This document shows positions 40,550 to 50,096 of a stretch of 64,000 bases of DNA, piece after piece; positions within the stretch are counted from its first letter, which is position 1, and every line of letters starts with the position of its first letter. The stretch spans positions 199,927 through 263,926 of the forward strand of contig CAVTQH010000002.1 in assembly GCA_963736875.1 (NCBI GenBank). Direction: 5' to 3'. The notes below the pieces were generated by a model. That model searched no databases. It saw only the letters and a program-made list of their open reading frames with translations, and was not told the DNA's origin. The translations under genes and the position numbers were made by a program. Source of the DNA: Candidatus Amesbacteria bacterium (GTDB lineage: Bacteria > Patescibacteriota > Microgenomatia > CAZETR01 > Amesbacteraceae).

Positions 40550-42169
40550 TTAAATGTCACCGTTGGTGGGATCTTCTATATCCAAATCAAAGAAATACCT
40601 TAGTACAGGGCTTAACCCTAAACTATTATAATGTCTGGTACGATCTTCACAATGTTCCACGAAACCCGGATACCATTTTACTATCTGCCTGGATACCTCC
40701 GAATCAGGGATAAATCCTTCCAGACTGATTATCCGGGAGAGGGTGTCATTTGGCCTTCTGGTAAAAATGAAGTTCGAAGGTACTCCTGTCGCCCAGCTAT
40801 ACTCCCTGTCTGCCTGCTTCATGATTCTTTTTCCTTTCCACCTTACTTCATCAATGATATTTTTCATTTCCTTGTTTATATCAAAGTAGGGATAATTCTG
40901 GTGCACCTGTTCCAGGTATTCCATCACATTACCGACTCCTTCGGGGATATGACCCATCCGGCCGGCCAGTATATACATGTTCTGCAGCAAATCCCCGAAT
41001 TTTTCAGTAGGTAAATCCGGCTTTTCAAGATATTTTACCCATCTCTTAGCCAACCACAGGGCGTATATTTCCAATGGGGTATTAGCATTTAAGTCCTTAT
41101 ACCAGTAACCGACGATTTTCCCCTCGGCTACACCTTTTACCTCCCGGCTGATACCGCGCTGTTTAGCCACAATCTCCCGCATATCGGAATCCGGATCTTT
41201 CCAGCTGAACCTGTCGGTATTGTAAATGGCTTTATCTGACCGGTAATTTCCGGATATCTCTGCAATCCCGGTACGTGCAGCCTCCATGGCTTGTGTACAG
41301 GTATATAACCCGTCATAACCAATAGCGGCCATGTTAATCGTCATATCCCGGCTGTTGGCATAGTCAATATAATCCAGCTCTCCCCCTCTTTTCATTTCCA
41401 CCCCTGCCGGATCGACACCCAGAAGCGTCGCCTTCGCTCTGGCCGTAACCTGGTCACCGCAGGCCACAACATCCATATCATTAAAAGGCAATTCTGCAGC
41501 TCTCATGGATAAGGGAGCTCCGGACCAGATATCATTCAACAATCTGGCATCACCACCCTTCCCCATGATCGTTCTGTCAAACGGTGCTCTCCGTTCATAC
41601 CAAATATTCGTATAAGGATGCTTATATCTGAGGATATTTAATCTGATACCGTTGACTGTTTCTTTCTTTGTGGCAAACCATTCCGGGTATTTATCTTCAA
41701 TTTCCTCAAATGGAACCACAATCTTGTTGACTGGTATCAGCTCCTGGGCAAAAGGTTCTGCCATAAACCGTGAAACCTCCATTATTCGCTCATCAGCCCG
41801 GATTCCGAGCATTTCATGATATCTTTCTTTCCATTTATTTCTTGTTTCTTCTTCCCATTCCGGTTTGGGTTTATTTCTCAAAGGATCAAATAGCGGGTCG
41901 TCGATATGTTCTCGAGTATATGTTTTCTCTGCCCTGAGAACTTCCATAGCCTTATCCAAAATTGGTTTTAAGTAATCCTGCGTTTCTTTGGGAAAGGCTT
42001 CCAGGTTTCTTCTCACCCGGTTTATGTTTAAGGCAAATGAAAAAACCCAATCCTCGGGCGGTCTCTCCAGTAATTCGGGTATTTCTGATAATACTTCCCG
42101 TAGTTCTATCCGCCTCATTATGGCCCTATTCCCGTCTTCCGGATTATTGTTTATTTGCTCTGAACTCAT
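40550..42169 (-). CDS. Hypothetical protein with divergent CCA/poly(A)-polymerase-like head motifs
   Basis: GKGGDARL...NDMDVV and SRDMTIN resemble the GGxxR...DxD and RRDxTIN motifs. Confidence 0.55.
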   Translation of the reverse strand: MSSEQINNNPEDGNRAIMRRIELREVLSEIPELLERPPEDWVFSFALNINRVRRNLEAFPKETQDYLKPILDKAMEVLRAEKTYTREHIDDPLFDPLRNKPKPEWEEETRNKWKERYHEMLGIRADERIMEVSRFMAEPFAQELIPVNKIVVPFEEIEDKYPEWFATKKETVNGIRLNILRYKHPYTNIWYERRAPFDRTIMGKGGDARLLNDIWSGAPLSMRAAELPFNDMDVVACGDQVTARAKATLLGVDPAGVEMKRGGELDYIDYANSRDMTINMAAIGYDGLYTCTQAMEAARTGIAEISGNYRSDKAIYNTDRFSWKDPDSDMREIVAKQRGISREVKGVAEGKIVGYWYKDLNANTPLEIYALWLAKRWVKYLEKPDLPTEKFGDLLQNMYILAGRMGHIPEGVGNVMEYLEQVHQNYPYFDINKEMKNIIDEVRWKGKRIMKQADREYSWATGVPSNFIFTRRPNDTLSRIISLEGFIPDSEVSRQIVKWYPGFVEHCEDRTRHYNSLGLSPVLRYFFDLDIEDPTNGDI

Positions 42170-42227
42170 AGCGTCCGATTATACAAGTTATAGGTTATTT
42201 ATCAAATTATCATGGTAAGATACTCAG

Positions 42228-42744
42228 ATGGGCAAAGAAAATCCGATACCCTCAACCGACTCAAAATCTTGGAATCGAGGGGAATCAAAGAGGTGTCGAT
42301 ATCGAGCATAAGGTAGCCGGATTAATCCGGGGTTTACCTCATGTGATCTCCGTCAAGGAGACCGAGAAACTTAGCAGAGAAGATATAAACATGATCGACC
42401 TGATAGTTACAGTCGACGGCAATAATGACATGTTGGTACATAAAGTCTTCGTTCAGATCAAAGCCAGCACCAGAGGAGTGGAACACTTCGAGGAACAAGT
42501 ATCAGCCCGGATAAAACGTAAAAAGAGGGCTAATGGGCAGGTTGACAGAAAGACCTGGATGCTGCAAAATCACAGGATTTTACTCAACGGGGATATTAAA
42601 ATGACTAAAAGCCATAAACACAGCCGGCAGCTGACCGATGAGGAAATAGTGGCTGACTTCGAAAAACAACTTCAGGAAATTGAAAACTACGAAAGATCCA
42701 GTCAGACAGCAAACAGCCCCGTGACCGGCACGGAGGCTGTTTGA
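42228..42744 (+). CDS. Hypothetical protein, possible PD-(D/E)xK fold; frameshift in 5' part
   Basis: IDLIV...VFVQIKAS motif. ATG 42228 lies 6 nt after TAAGAT, but its frame stops early. Confidence 0.45.
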
Positions 42745-42762
42745 TTTTTTTGGGACCGGCTC

Positions 42763-43200
42763 TTACCAGCCGTGCATTCCCCCGCCCATTCCGCCCCGCA
42801 TTCCCATACCTTTTCCGCCAAAACCAAAACCCAGATCGGTATTTTCCAGATTATTGGCTTTCAGCCAGGATTGCCAGTCGGTTCTTTCTTTTTCGCGCTC
42901 CTGCTGCATTTCTTGATGTTTAGCCAAAACTGCATTCTTCTGCGCTTCCGTAATCTTGCCGTCTTTGACAGCCTGGGTCAGATTAGCTTCAAAACGCTTT
43001 TGCATTTCGGCTTGTCTTTCGTCTCTTTGGACATCAAAAACCGATTGCACATCAGCCTGTTTCAGCCCGAACTTGGCAGCAATCCTTTCAATGATTGTCT
43101 GGGCCGGAGAAGTCTGAGCGGAAACCCGGGACATGCCTGCCCAGGTCAAACCGCCGGCAAGAAGTACCCCCGTCAATATAAAGATCAGTGAATATTTCAT
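42763..43200 (-). CDS. Hypothetical exported helical protein (CPR-type)
   Basis: Signal peptide, IA.KFGLKQADV, AVKDGKIT and a GM-rich tail; strong SD GGGGGTGA. Confidence 0.8.
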   Translation of the reverse strand: MKYSLIFILTGVLLAGGLTWAGMSRVSAQTSPAQTIIERIAAKFGLKQADVQSVFDVQRDERQAEMQKRFEANLTQAVKDGKITEAQKNAVLAKHQEMQQEREKERTDWQSWLKANNLENTDLGFGFGGKGMGMRGGMGGGMHGW

Positions 43201-43316
43201 TTGTTGGTATCACCCCCTTTCATATGACGTTGAAGATATCAGCCAAAACTGAAATAAAGCTTAAAGCTTTTTAGTGGAATCTGGGCGCAATTCTTGTTAC
43301 AATATCCTATAACATC

Positions 43317-43568
43317 ATGTGTCCTGAAGAGAAAAAGGATATATTGGTCATTGATTTACCCGGGAAACCAAGTATTGATTTCGCCATGCGCGTCCATGCA
43401 GTCAGAATAGACGCTTTTCGTGTGTGTTTCGGATGTATCGGGGCACGTGGTTGCGATCTCCAAAAAATTATTGAGGTTGAAAAGAAGTTTTGGAGCAGAG
43501 AAAACGACCCTGACCTGAAAGCTGTCGAAGCTTGCCCGGATTTTGTACCTGACCCGGGGAAAGATTAA
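43317..43568 (+). CDS. Small Cys-motif hypothetical protein
   Basis: CFGC-x5-C...CP pattern. Confidence 0.55.
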   Translation: MCPEEKKDILVIDLPGKPSIDFAMRVHAVRIDAFRVCFGCIGARGCDLQKIIEVEKKFWSRENDPDLKAVEACPDFVPDPGKD

Positions 43569-44855
43569 TCAGAAACCGAAAGGAAACTTCGCGTATACCG
43601 CCCTGTCACCCAGTTCGTGTTCAATCCGCATCAGCCGGTTGTACTTGGCTACCCGTTCGGACCTGGCCGGCGCTCCGGCTTTGATTTGCCCGGAGCCCAA
43701 GGCGACAACCAGGTCGGCGATAAAAGTGTCCTCGGTTTCACCGCTTCTGTGCGATACAATACTGGCCATTCCGTTTTCCCGGGCCAGGATTATGGCGTTA
43801 ATCGTTTCCGTCAGGGTGCCAATCTGGTTAAGTTTGATCAGAATCGCATTGGTTGATTTATTCTCTATCCCTTTTTGCAGTCTTTTGACGTTGGTAACGT
43901 ACAGATCATCACCCACGATTTGGATTTTTTGCCCGGCTGAAGCGGTAAAACCGGCAAACGCTTCCCAGTCGTCTTCGGCAAAAGCGTCCTCAATCGAGAC
44001 GATGGGGTATTTTTTCAAAAGTTCTTTATAAAATTCCCCCAACTCATCACTCCCGACCGTTTTCCCTTCTTTATTCAGTTTGTATTTCCCGTCCTCAAAA
44101 AATTCCGACGCGGCCGGGTCAATTCCCAGGCAGATTTCTTTCCCCGGAGTGTAACCCGCTTTCTCGATGGCCTCGCAAATAAGCTGGAAAGGTTCTTCGT
44201 TTGTCGCCACACCGGGGGCAAATCCGCCCTCGTCGCCGACTGACGTGGCATACCCTTTGGCTTTAATAACACCCTTGAGTGTTTGGTACACCTCCGTATT
44301 CATCCGGACTGCCCCGGCAATTGAACCGGCGCCCACGGGAAACAGCATGTACTCCTGGATATCCGTAGCCCAATTGGCATGTTTGCCGCCGTTTTCCACA
44401 TTCATTTCCGGAATCGGCATGGTGTATGTCCCGGAAAAACCGGGATTGAAGCGGGTCAGATATTCATAAAGTTCTTTTTTCTCACAAACCGCCTGCGCCC
44501 GGGCGGTGCTTAAAGATACCGAAAGAATGGCGTTTGCCCCCAGATTGGCTTTATTTTCGGTGCCGTCCAGAGAAATCATAGTCTGGTCAAGTTTTTCCTG
44601 GTCCTGTGCTTCCAGTCCCGTAATCACGGGCCCGATGGTCGTATTGACGTTTCCGACGGCTTTGAAAACTCCCAATCCCTGATACCGGCTCTGATCGCCG
44701 TCTCTCAGTTCCACCGCCTCGTATTTGCCGGTTGAGGCGCCGGAAGGGACCGCCGCCCGGCCTTGCGACCCGTCTTCCAGGGTAATCACGGTTTCTACGG
44801 TGGGATTACCCCGGCTGTCCAGAATTTCCTGTGCCCAAACGGATTTTATTTTCAT
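43569..44855 (-). CDS. eno: Enolase
   Basis: DSRGNPTVE, VPSGASTG, GDEGGFAP, LIKLNQIG and SHRSGET motifs. Confidence 0.98.
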   Translation of the reverse strand: MKIKSVWAQEILDSRGNPTVETVITLEDGSQGRAAVPSGASTGKYEAVELRDGDQSRYQGLGVFKAVGNVNTTIGPVITGLEAQDQEKLDQTMISLDGTENKANLGANAILSVSLSTARAQAVCEKKELYEYLTRFNPGFSGTYTMPIPEMNVENGGKHANWATDIQEYMLFPVGAGSIAGAVRMNTEVYQTLKGVIKAKGYATSVGDEGGFAPGVATNEEPFQLICEAIEKAGYTPGKEICLGIDPAASEFFEDGKYKLNKEGKTVGSDELGEFYKELLKKYPIVSIEDAFAEDDWEAFAGFTASAGQKIQIVGDDLYVTNVKRLQKGIENKSTNAILIKLNQIGTLTETINAIILARENGMASIVSHRSGETEDTFIADLVVALGSGQIKAGAPARSERVAKYNRLMRIEHELGDRAVYAKFPFGF

Positions 44856-44887
44856 AAATCTATAATAATTCTAGTATACTTTATCCG

Positions 44888-45907
44888 ATGGAAGATCAGG
44901 GACAGAAAGATTTGCCGGTAAAAGCTCCGGAATATTCCTCGCTTCGTGATCAGGAGCGGGCAGCCGCTTTCCAAAGACATATCTACCAGGGGGGAAAATT
45001 AATCTCCGGCGGAAAATATTCGGAGGCCATTAAATATTTCAGGAATAAAGAAGAGGCAGGTAAAGCCGGATTAATACTTGATATTCGGGCACACAGACTT
45101 GGAGGTTCCATCCTTTCGGAAAATGTGGAAAGTGATGCTAATTGGATAGCCGATAAATGTTGGTTTATTGACAGTGAAAGAAAAATCCAGGTTTCCGGGG
45201 CCTATAGCGGAGACAAAAATATAATGGACATTCCCACGGGACAAATGAATCAGGCTGAAAAGGCTATGGCGCATGAAGTTGCCCTTTTACATATGGAAGA
45301 GTATCTCCACGCATTACAATTTTTAAGAGGTTCTCCGGTAGCCGGATTTGAAAATAGTGAAGTTGATGTTGCCGCCTATATGCAGAAAAACGGCATACCC
45401 ATGACCCCTGTTTTTTTAAGGCGTTACGACAGGGGTTTTTACCTGTCGGGGGATGAGGGCATTGATGATTCACTATCCAAAGTACCTGCAATCAGAAGAG
45501 GTGTTTTTGTCAACGTCCGACGGTCGGACGGTAAAATTGAATCTGACTGGCAGATTTCCGGATTCAATGATCAGACCGGAGACGCAATTGTCAGAAATTA
45601 TGCCGGTGATCTCAAAAAACAAATCCCCAAACCCGAGCTGTCGGATCTGAATTCCGAAGGGGTCTACCCTTTCGTGGCCGGTAAAGACTTTCAGGAAATC
45701 TTCTCGGTAATTGACCGGTTAAAAAAAATTCAGGGGACAAACGAGGTGTACAATGCGGTAGAGCTGAAACAACTTATTAACCGGGTAAGAAGCGGCAACG
45801 AAGATTTAAATAAAATTCCCAGATCCGGCGGATTAAGGTTAAAAGTGGCGGAACTGCTGAATATTCAGGCGGTAAATGTCTCAGAGCCGACAGCCCGCTT
45901 ATCCTAG
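44888..45907 (+). CDS. Hypothetical multidomain protein (zincin-like EExxH, SH3-like and helical C-terminal modules)
   Basis: HMEEYLHALQ...EVDVA, VRRSDGKIESDW and IQGT..Y....L...I..VR.G......PRSGGLR segments. Confidence 0.65.
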   Translation: MEDQGQKDLPVKAPEYSSLRDQERAAAFQRHIYQGGKLISGGKYSEAIKYFRNKEEAGKAGLILDIRAHRLGGSILSENVESDANWIADKCWFIDSERKIQVSGAYSGDKNIMDIPTGQMNQAEKAMAHEVALLHMEEYLHALQFLRGSPVAGFENSEVDVAAYMQKNGIPMTPVFLRRYDRGFYLSGDEGIDDSLSKVPAIRRGVFVNVRRSDGKIESDWQISGFNDQTGDAIVRNYAGDLKKQIPKPELSDLNSEGVYPFVAGKDFQEIFSVIDRLKKIQGTNEVYNAVELKQLINRVRSGNEDLNKIPRSGGLRLKVAELLNIQAVNVSEPTARLS

Positions 45908-45930
45908 CATGCAATCGGGGTTGAAAATTC

Positions 45931-46623
45931 CTATTTCGCGGTCCTTTTTAAAAGCTCCTCAAAACCATTATGGATATGCCGGCGGATATTTTCCTCGGGG
46001 ATATTTCCCATCGGGTCAAACACTGGGGAGAGATATACATGGAAGCCCGACGGAAAGACAGGTTTGGCCAGCGAGTAGACGGACGGGAATTCCCGTACCA
46101 TATCGATCACGGTATTTCTGATTCGTTCCTCCTGTCGGAATGTTTTCCGGCTGCCGTACGGCGCGACGTTGCCGATTGCATGAGGCCGGTCAATCAGGTT
46201 CAAATAGTCATTCATAACTTCCAGGTTTGTGCCCTTACGCTGTCCGTATTCCTCTTCGGAAGCATGCTTTGCATCCTCAAATCTCACCACTTTCTGAATC
46301 GATAAATGCTCCTTTTTTATTAATTGCTTTAAAAATCTCACCTCCAAAGAATGAATTGACCCATTTGATTGTCATCAATCCGGCGGCAAACTGCAGATCC
46401 GGTATCTCTTTAGCCAGGGCAATGATCGAAGCAAATATATCCAGTTCTTTCCGGTGTGCATCCAGATCCAATGCCCCTTTTTCTTACTAACATCCTGCAG
46501 CTGGTAAATAGCTTTTCTGGTAATCGGATCATGGGAAATATGGCTGAGGGCTATAGCAAAATGGCCGAAAGGAAAAAACCCGTACATTCGGATTTTGGAT
46601 ATATCTTCGGATACTGCGCTCAT
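45931..46623 (-). CDS. Hypothetical protein split in three frames
   Basis: Overlapping minus-strand ORFs 46375-46623, 46277-46471 and 45931-46347. Confidence 0.45.
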
Positions 46624-46750
46624 ATAAAAGGGGATTATATACCTATGGGGCCAGCTGCAGGATATGATTAAAACCCTCGGTCCTGACGCTAAAATTGCCG
46701 ATATTCAGAATGCCGTTCGGGAACAAAGTAAAACAAGGCGCAGGAGATAA

Positions 46751-47338
46751 TTAACGGTTTGCCAGCCACAGGGCTAACTGCCGGTAATGAATGCTGTCTT
46801 TATTTTGTCTTGCGTCCCTCTCAGCCCGCCAGGTTCGGGAAAACACGCACAGGGGTTTGTTTTCACCCGGAGGAATCAGTATCCGGTCAAATTCGCCGGC
46901 AACTTCATCCATCGGATCCCAGATTTTATCAGCCAGGGTAAATCCGCTGTCAACATAGTTAAATATTTTCGGCTCCTTCATTCCCGGCTCGAGATAAGCC
47001 AGGGACTGACGGAATTCTGCGTTTCTGTTAGTTTCTCCTGTCATCAATTTCAATATTCCGGCTATACCGATGGTATCCGTTACAAAATGAATAAAAGTTT
47101 TGGGAAATCCACCCAAAGCCTCAATAAATATTCCGGAGTCTTCCACCATCAGAGGGGCATTTACCATTTTTATCGCCTGGAGGGCTTTTTCCGCAACGAT
47201 TTTTTCCGGATCTTCCTCCCTTGGCTCAATTATCTCCGCTTCTTTTTGGATAACCTTAATCCCGGATCCGGCAAGGGCTGTCTGCGCATGCAAAATCTTG
47301 GTCTGGTTACCGGTTATAAAATATATGACTTTCTCCAT
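46751..47338 (-). CDS. Ham1/ITPase-family non-canonical purine NTP pyrophosphatase
   Basis: FITGNQTK, EKA, VEDSGIFIEALGGFP and FD..L.P motifs; the C-terminal SHR motif is diverged. Confidence 0.85.
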   Translation of the reverse strand: MEKVIYFITGNQTKILHAQTALAGSGIKVIQKEAEIIEPREEDPEKIVAEKALQAIKMVNAPLMVEDSGIFIEALGGFPKTFIHFVTDTIGIAGILKLMTGETNRNAEFRQSLAYLEPGMKEPKIFNYVDSGFTLADKIWDPMDEVAGEFDRILIPPGENKPLCVFSRTWRAERDARQNKDSIHYRQLALWLANR

Positions 47339-47438
47339 CACCTGATTTTAACCCAAATTTCCAAACTGTAGTTTCTCAACACCGGGTCATGGCGCGCTCA
47401 TGTCACCGGGCTGATAAACACCTTCCGGCACCCGAAGG

Positions 47439-47948
47439 TCAAGACCTGTTTCCCTTTTGAATTTTTAATTCTATTGCTCTTTGGATTATTCTTTCTCCGA
47501 TTTCTCCCCAATCAAAATATTCCCGGTAATCTTTTGGATTGATAAGTTTAATCTCCGTAATACTTCCGTCTGGATCTTTTTCGAACTTTCCCAGAGGTTC
47601 GACAATAGCGCAAAACCGAAGTTGATAAACAGTATTATCATCGGGAGTTGTAACTTCTTGTACTCCTACAGGAAAGGCTTTTAAAACTTTCATATTAGTT
47701 TCTTCCTGAACTTCTCTGATTAAGGTTTGCTCAAAGGTTTCCCCTTTTTCTATGTGTCCTCCGACCAGACCCCAACCTTTGCCGTCTTCCCCGCTTTCCC
47801 CCCTTACTATTACCAGGTTGTCATCACAGAAACAAACTCCGTAAACCTGCTGGCATTTATCGTGGGGTAGAGAAGAAAAAGAATCCAAATCATAGTATTT
47901 CACTTTTACAACATACCCTTTCCAAATAAATGACGAATTTATTGTCAT
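47439..47948 (-). CDS. NUDIX hydrolase
   Basis: Nudix box GGHIEKGETFEQTLIREVQEET. Confidence 0.92.
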   Translation of the reverse strand: MTINSSFIWKGYVVKVKYYDLDSFSSLPHDKCQQVYGVCFCDDNLVIVRGESGEDGKGWGLVGGHIEKGETFEQTLIREVQEETNMKVLKAFPVGVQEVTTPDDNTVYQLRFCAIVEPLGKFEKDPDGSITEIKLINPKDYREYFDWGEIGERIIQRAIELKIQKGNRS

Positions 47949-47990
47949 TTTATATATTATATGCGTTTTTGTATTTCCTTCCCTCTGCTC

Positions 47991-48047
47991 ATGCAGGCAT
48001 GCCCGCCGAATTACAGTACCCCATCACCCCGGATCTTCACAGCCCGG
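47991..48047 (+). repeat. Dispersed palindromic repeat, internally deleted copy
   Basis: ATGCAGGCA joined directly to TGCCCGCCGAATTACAGTAC...; aligns without gaps to the 55461-55509 copy. Confidence 0.65.
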
Positions 48048-48105
48048 AGTTAAGGAAAACGCATTTGAAAATACAGGGTTGAAAATCCCTTATTAGAGAC
48101 CTATA

Positions 48106-48774
48106 ATGCCACCCATGCGGACAGAGCAGGAGCGGGGACAGATCATCATCCGCCAGCGTGAGGGCAAGCCACATTTACAGGCATACGGATTTGTGGATTT
48201 CGGCAGTTTAATTGAAACCGTTTCCGAAATGGGCTTGAGTGAAAAAAGAGCCTCAAGAATAAAAAAAATAATCACTGCCGGAAGTGATCAGGTCCAGAAT
48301 TTACTGGCAACCGGAGGCGCCATCACTACGGGTGGCCGGATTGTTGCCATGGGTGAGGAAGACAGCCATTTCATTGAGACTTTCTTTATATCCAAACCGG
48401 AAAAAGTGATTACTCATGCCTCGGGGGCTGAAGTGGAAGGAATCGCCCGTTTCAGAGACAAATACGAACTCTATTTAAGACCCAGGGGAAAAGTAATGAT
48501 TTTCAGGGAAAATGCCGGTAGCCAACTCGGATATGATGTTTATAGATTGGGCAGTTGCAGTTTACGGTTTGCGGACACGGCTGATGATAAAGTGGGGTAT
48601 GAAGGCGTAAGGGATGCTGATTCCCTGTTCAGGGCTGTTGCCAACCGTTTCACCCGGATGTATCTGCAAACCGGAATTCCTTTAAAAGGCGTGGTTGGTC
48701 CGGAGACATTATCCAAGCAGCTTCTATTAAACATTGCCGAAAAATCCGGGCGGTCGGTTCTGAATCGGTATTGA
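48106..48774 (+). CDS. Hypothetical protein
   Basis: 222-aa ORF, no motif recognised. Confidence 0.6.
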   Translation: MPPMRTEQERGQIIIRQREGKPHLQAYGFVDFGSLIETVSEMGLSEKRASRIKKIITAGSDQVQNLLATGGAITTGGRIVAMGEEDSHFIETFFISKPEKVITHASGAEVEGIARFRDKYELYLRPRGKVMIFRENAGSQLGYDVYRLGSCSLRFADTADDKVGYEGVRDADSLFRAVANRFTRMYLQTGIPLKGVVGPETLSKQLLLNIAEKSGRSVLNRY

Positions 48775-48780
48775 TCTTCT

Positions 48781-49488
48781 TTAATAATTTAATACGGCAA
48801 AATCCCCAGCCCTTAAAATTTCCATGAAGACGCTCATTGCCTCGTATTTACCGTTATCAAAGACAGGCCGTTTGACTCTCCATTCAAAGGTATCCGCCGC
48901 CCGATTTTTCCTGCCTTCAACAACCAATAGTTTATCCCTTTCCATAATCAGGCCGTTTTGCACACCTATGACAATGGGGGCAACCCAGCCGCTTCTTCCG
49001 TCGCGAACCCACTGAAAAGTCTCTCCCCTGATTCTTTGGAAAGGATTTTTTTCCAGAACGGTGGTTTCAAGCCGGTGTCCTGTTAAGTCAATTACCGGTT
49101 CTTTATCCGCCAGACGCAGAACCGGCAGGGCAATTATCCTGCCGGTTTTCCGCCAGGATATGGTGGCCCTGTCCAGCTCCTCGTCGGTCAGGTCGGGTAT
49201 ATTTATTCCGGCCGTCCCCACAACCAGGATTTCCCGTTTATGAATGATGGATTTTTTTAAAACCCCTTGCGCGTATTTAGGGATGATACCCCGGGTGTAA
49301 TCCAGCAGGTTCAGATATCTGACTTCGGTCTCCGGACAAGTCGCACCCGCAAATGCTTCCGGCAAACCGGCCAGGAGTTCCAAATCCGCAGGATCCTTAA
49401 ACCTGGGGGCATACGTTTCCATTACAATCCGTCGTGCCCAATCGGCATATTCATCTGTATCTTGGGGAGATTGTTCCGATGCAGCCAT
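48781..49488 (-). CDS. Hypothetical protein
   Basis: 235-aa ORF; TAAACT 6 nt upstream of ATG. Confidence 0.6.
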   Translation of the reverse strand: MAASEQSPQDTDEYADWARRIVMETYAPRFKDPADLELLAGLPEAFAGATCPETEVRYLNLLDYTRGIIPKYAQGVLKKSIIHKREILVVGTAGINIPDLTDEELDRATISWRKTGRIIALPVLRLADKEPVIDLTGHRLETTVLEKNPFQRIRGETFQWVRDGRSGWVAPIVIGVQNGLIMERDKLLVVEGRKNRAADTFEWRVKRPVFDNGKYEAMSVFMEILRAGDFAVLNY

Positions 49489-49560
49489 GGGTCAAGTTTA
49501 TCACCGCCCATCTCCCCTTCCTGCAGCAGATAGAAAAATCTCAGGAAGTCAATCTCAAGA

Positions 49561-50009
49561 TCAATAATCTAATCTAAAACTTTCTATATGGTTTATATAC
49601 TCGGAAGGAAACTTAAATTTATTAGCAGCTTATATTATTCTTTCCAAATAGTCTGACTGATCAAACTTACCTGCGGTTAGATTGTCATTATCGATATAAA
49701 CCCATGATTTAATATAAATACCTTCAAACCTTACATTTTCTTCTACTCTATTGTAAGTCTTTGGGATTTTATTATAACCTTCACTCTTATCTAATGCGTT
49801 CAAAGCAACATCATTAATATCAAATAATAGTCCATATACCTTTGGAACACGAATTTGTAGTATCAATAGCTATATTAGCCTTACAGCGGTTATTTTAAAA
49901 AAAATTCCCAACCTTCTAGTATAGCTACTCCTAATAACCCGAAGTTATCTACACATCTAACCTTCATTTGATTTAAATCCATGTTTGAACCATAAGCAAA
50001 GTATTTCAT
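49561..50009 (-). pseudogene. Gamma-glutamylcyclotransferase (AIG2/GGCT-like), disrupted
   Basis: MKYFAYGSNM start, KVYGLLF and LDKSEG motifs. Frameshift near 49900 and an in-frame TAA at 49630-49632. Confidence 0.75.
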
Positions 50010-50096
50010 TTTCTGCCTACAAAATAACCCAGACGAAGTAGGAGGTAAAGGTATTTGTAGCTTTCATACTTGCTGGGCGTGAAACAATTGAAGAAG

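Noticed and set aside
50010-50096. Possible attC site / integron cassette array in the island
   Set aside because: No convincing paired RYYYAAC...GTTRRRY boxes, no repetition between other island genes, and no integrase.
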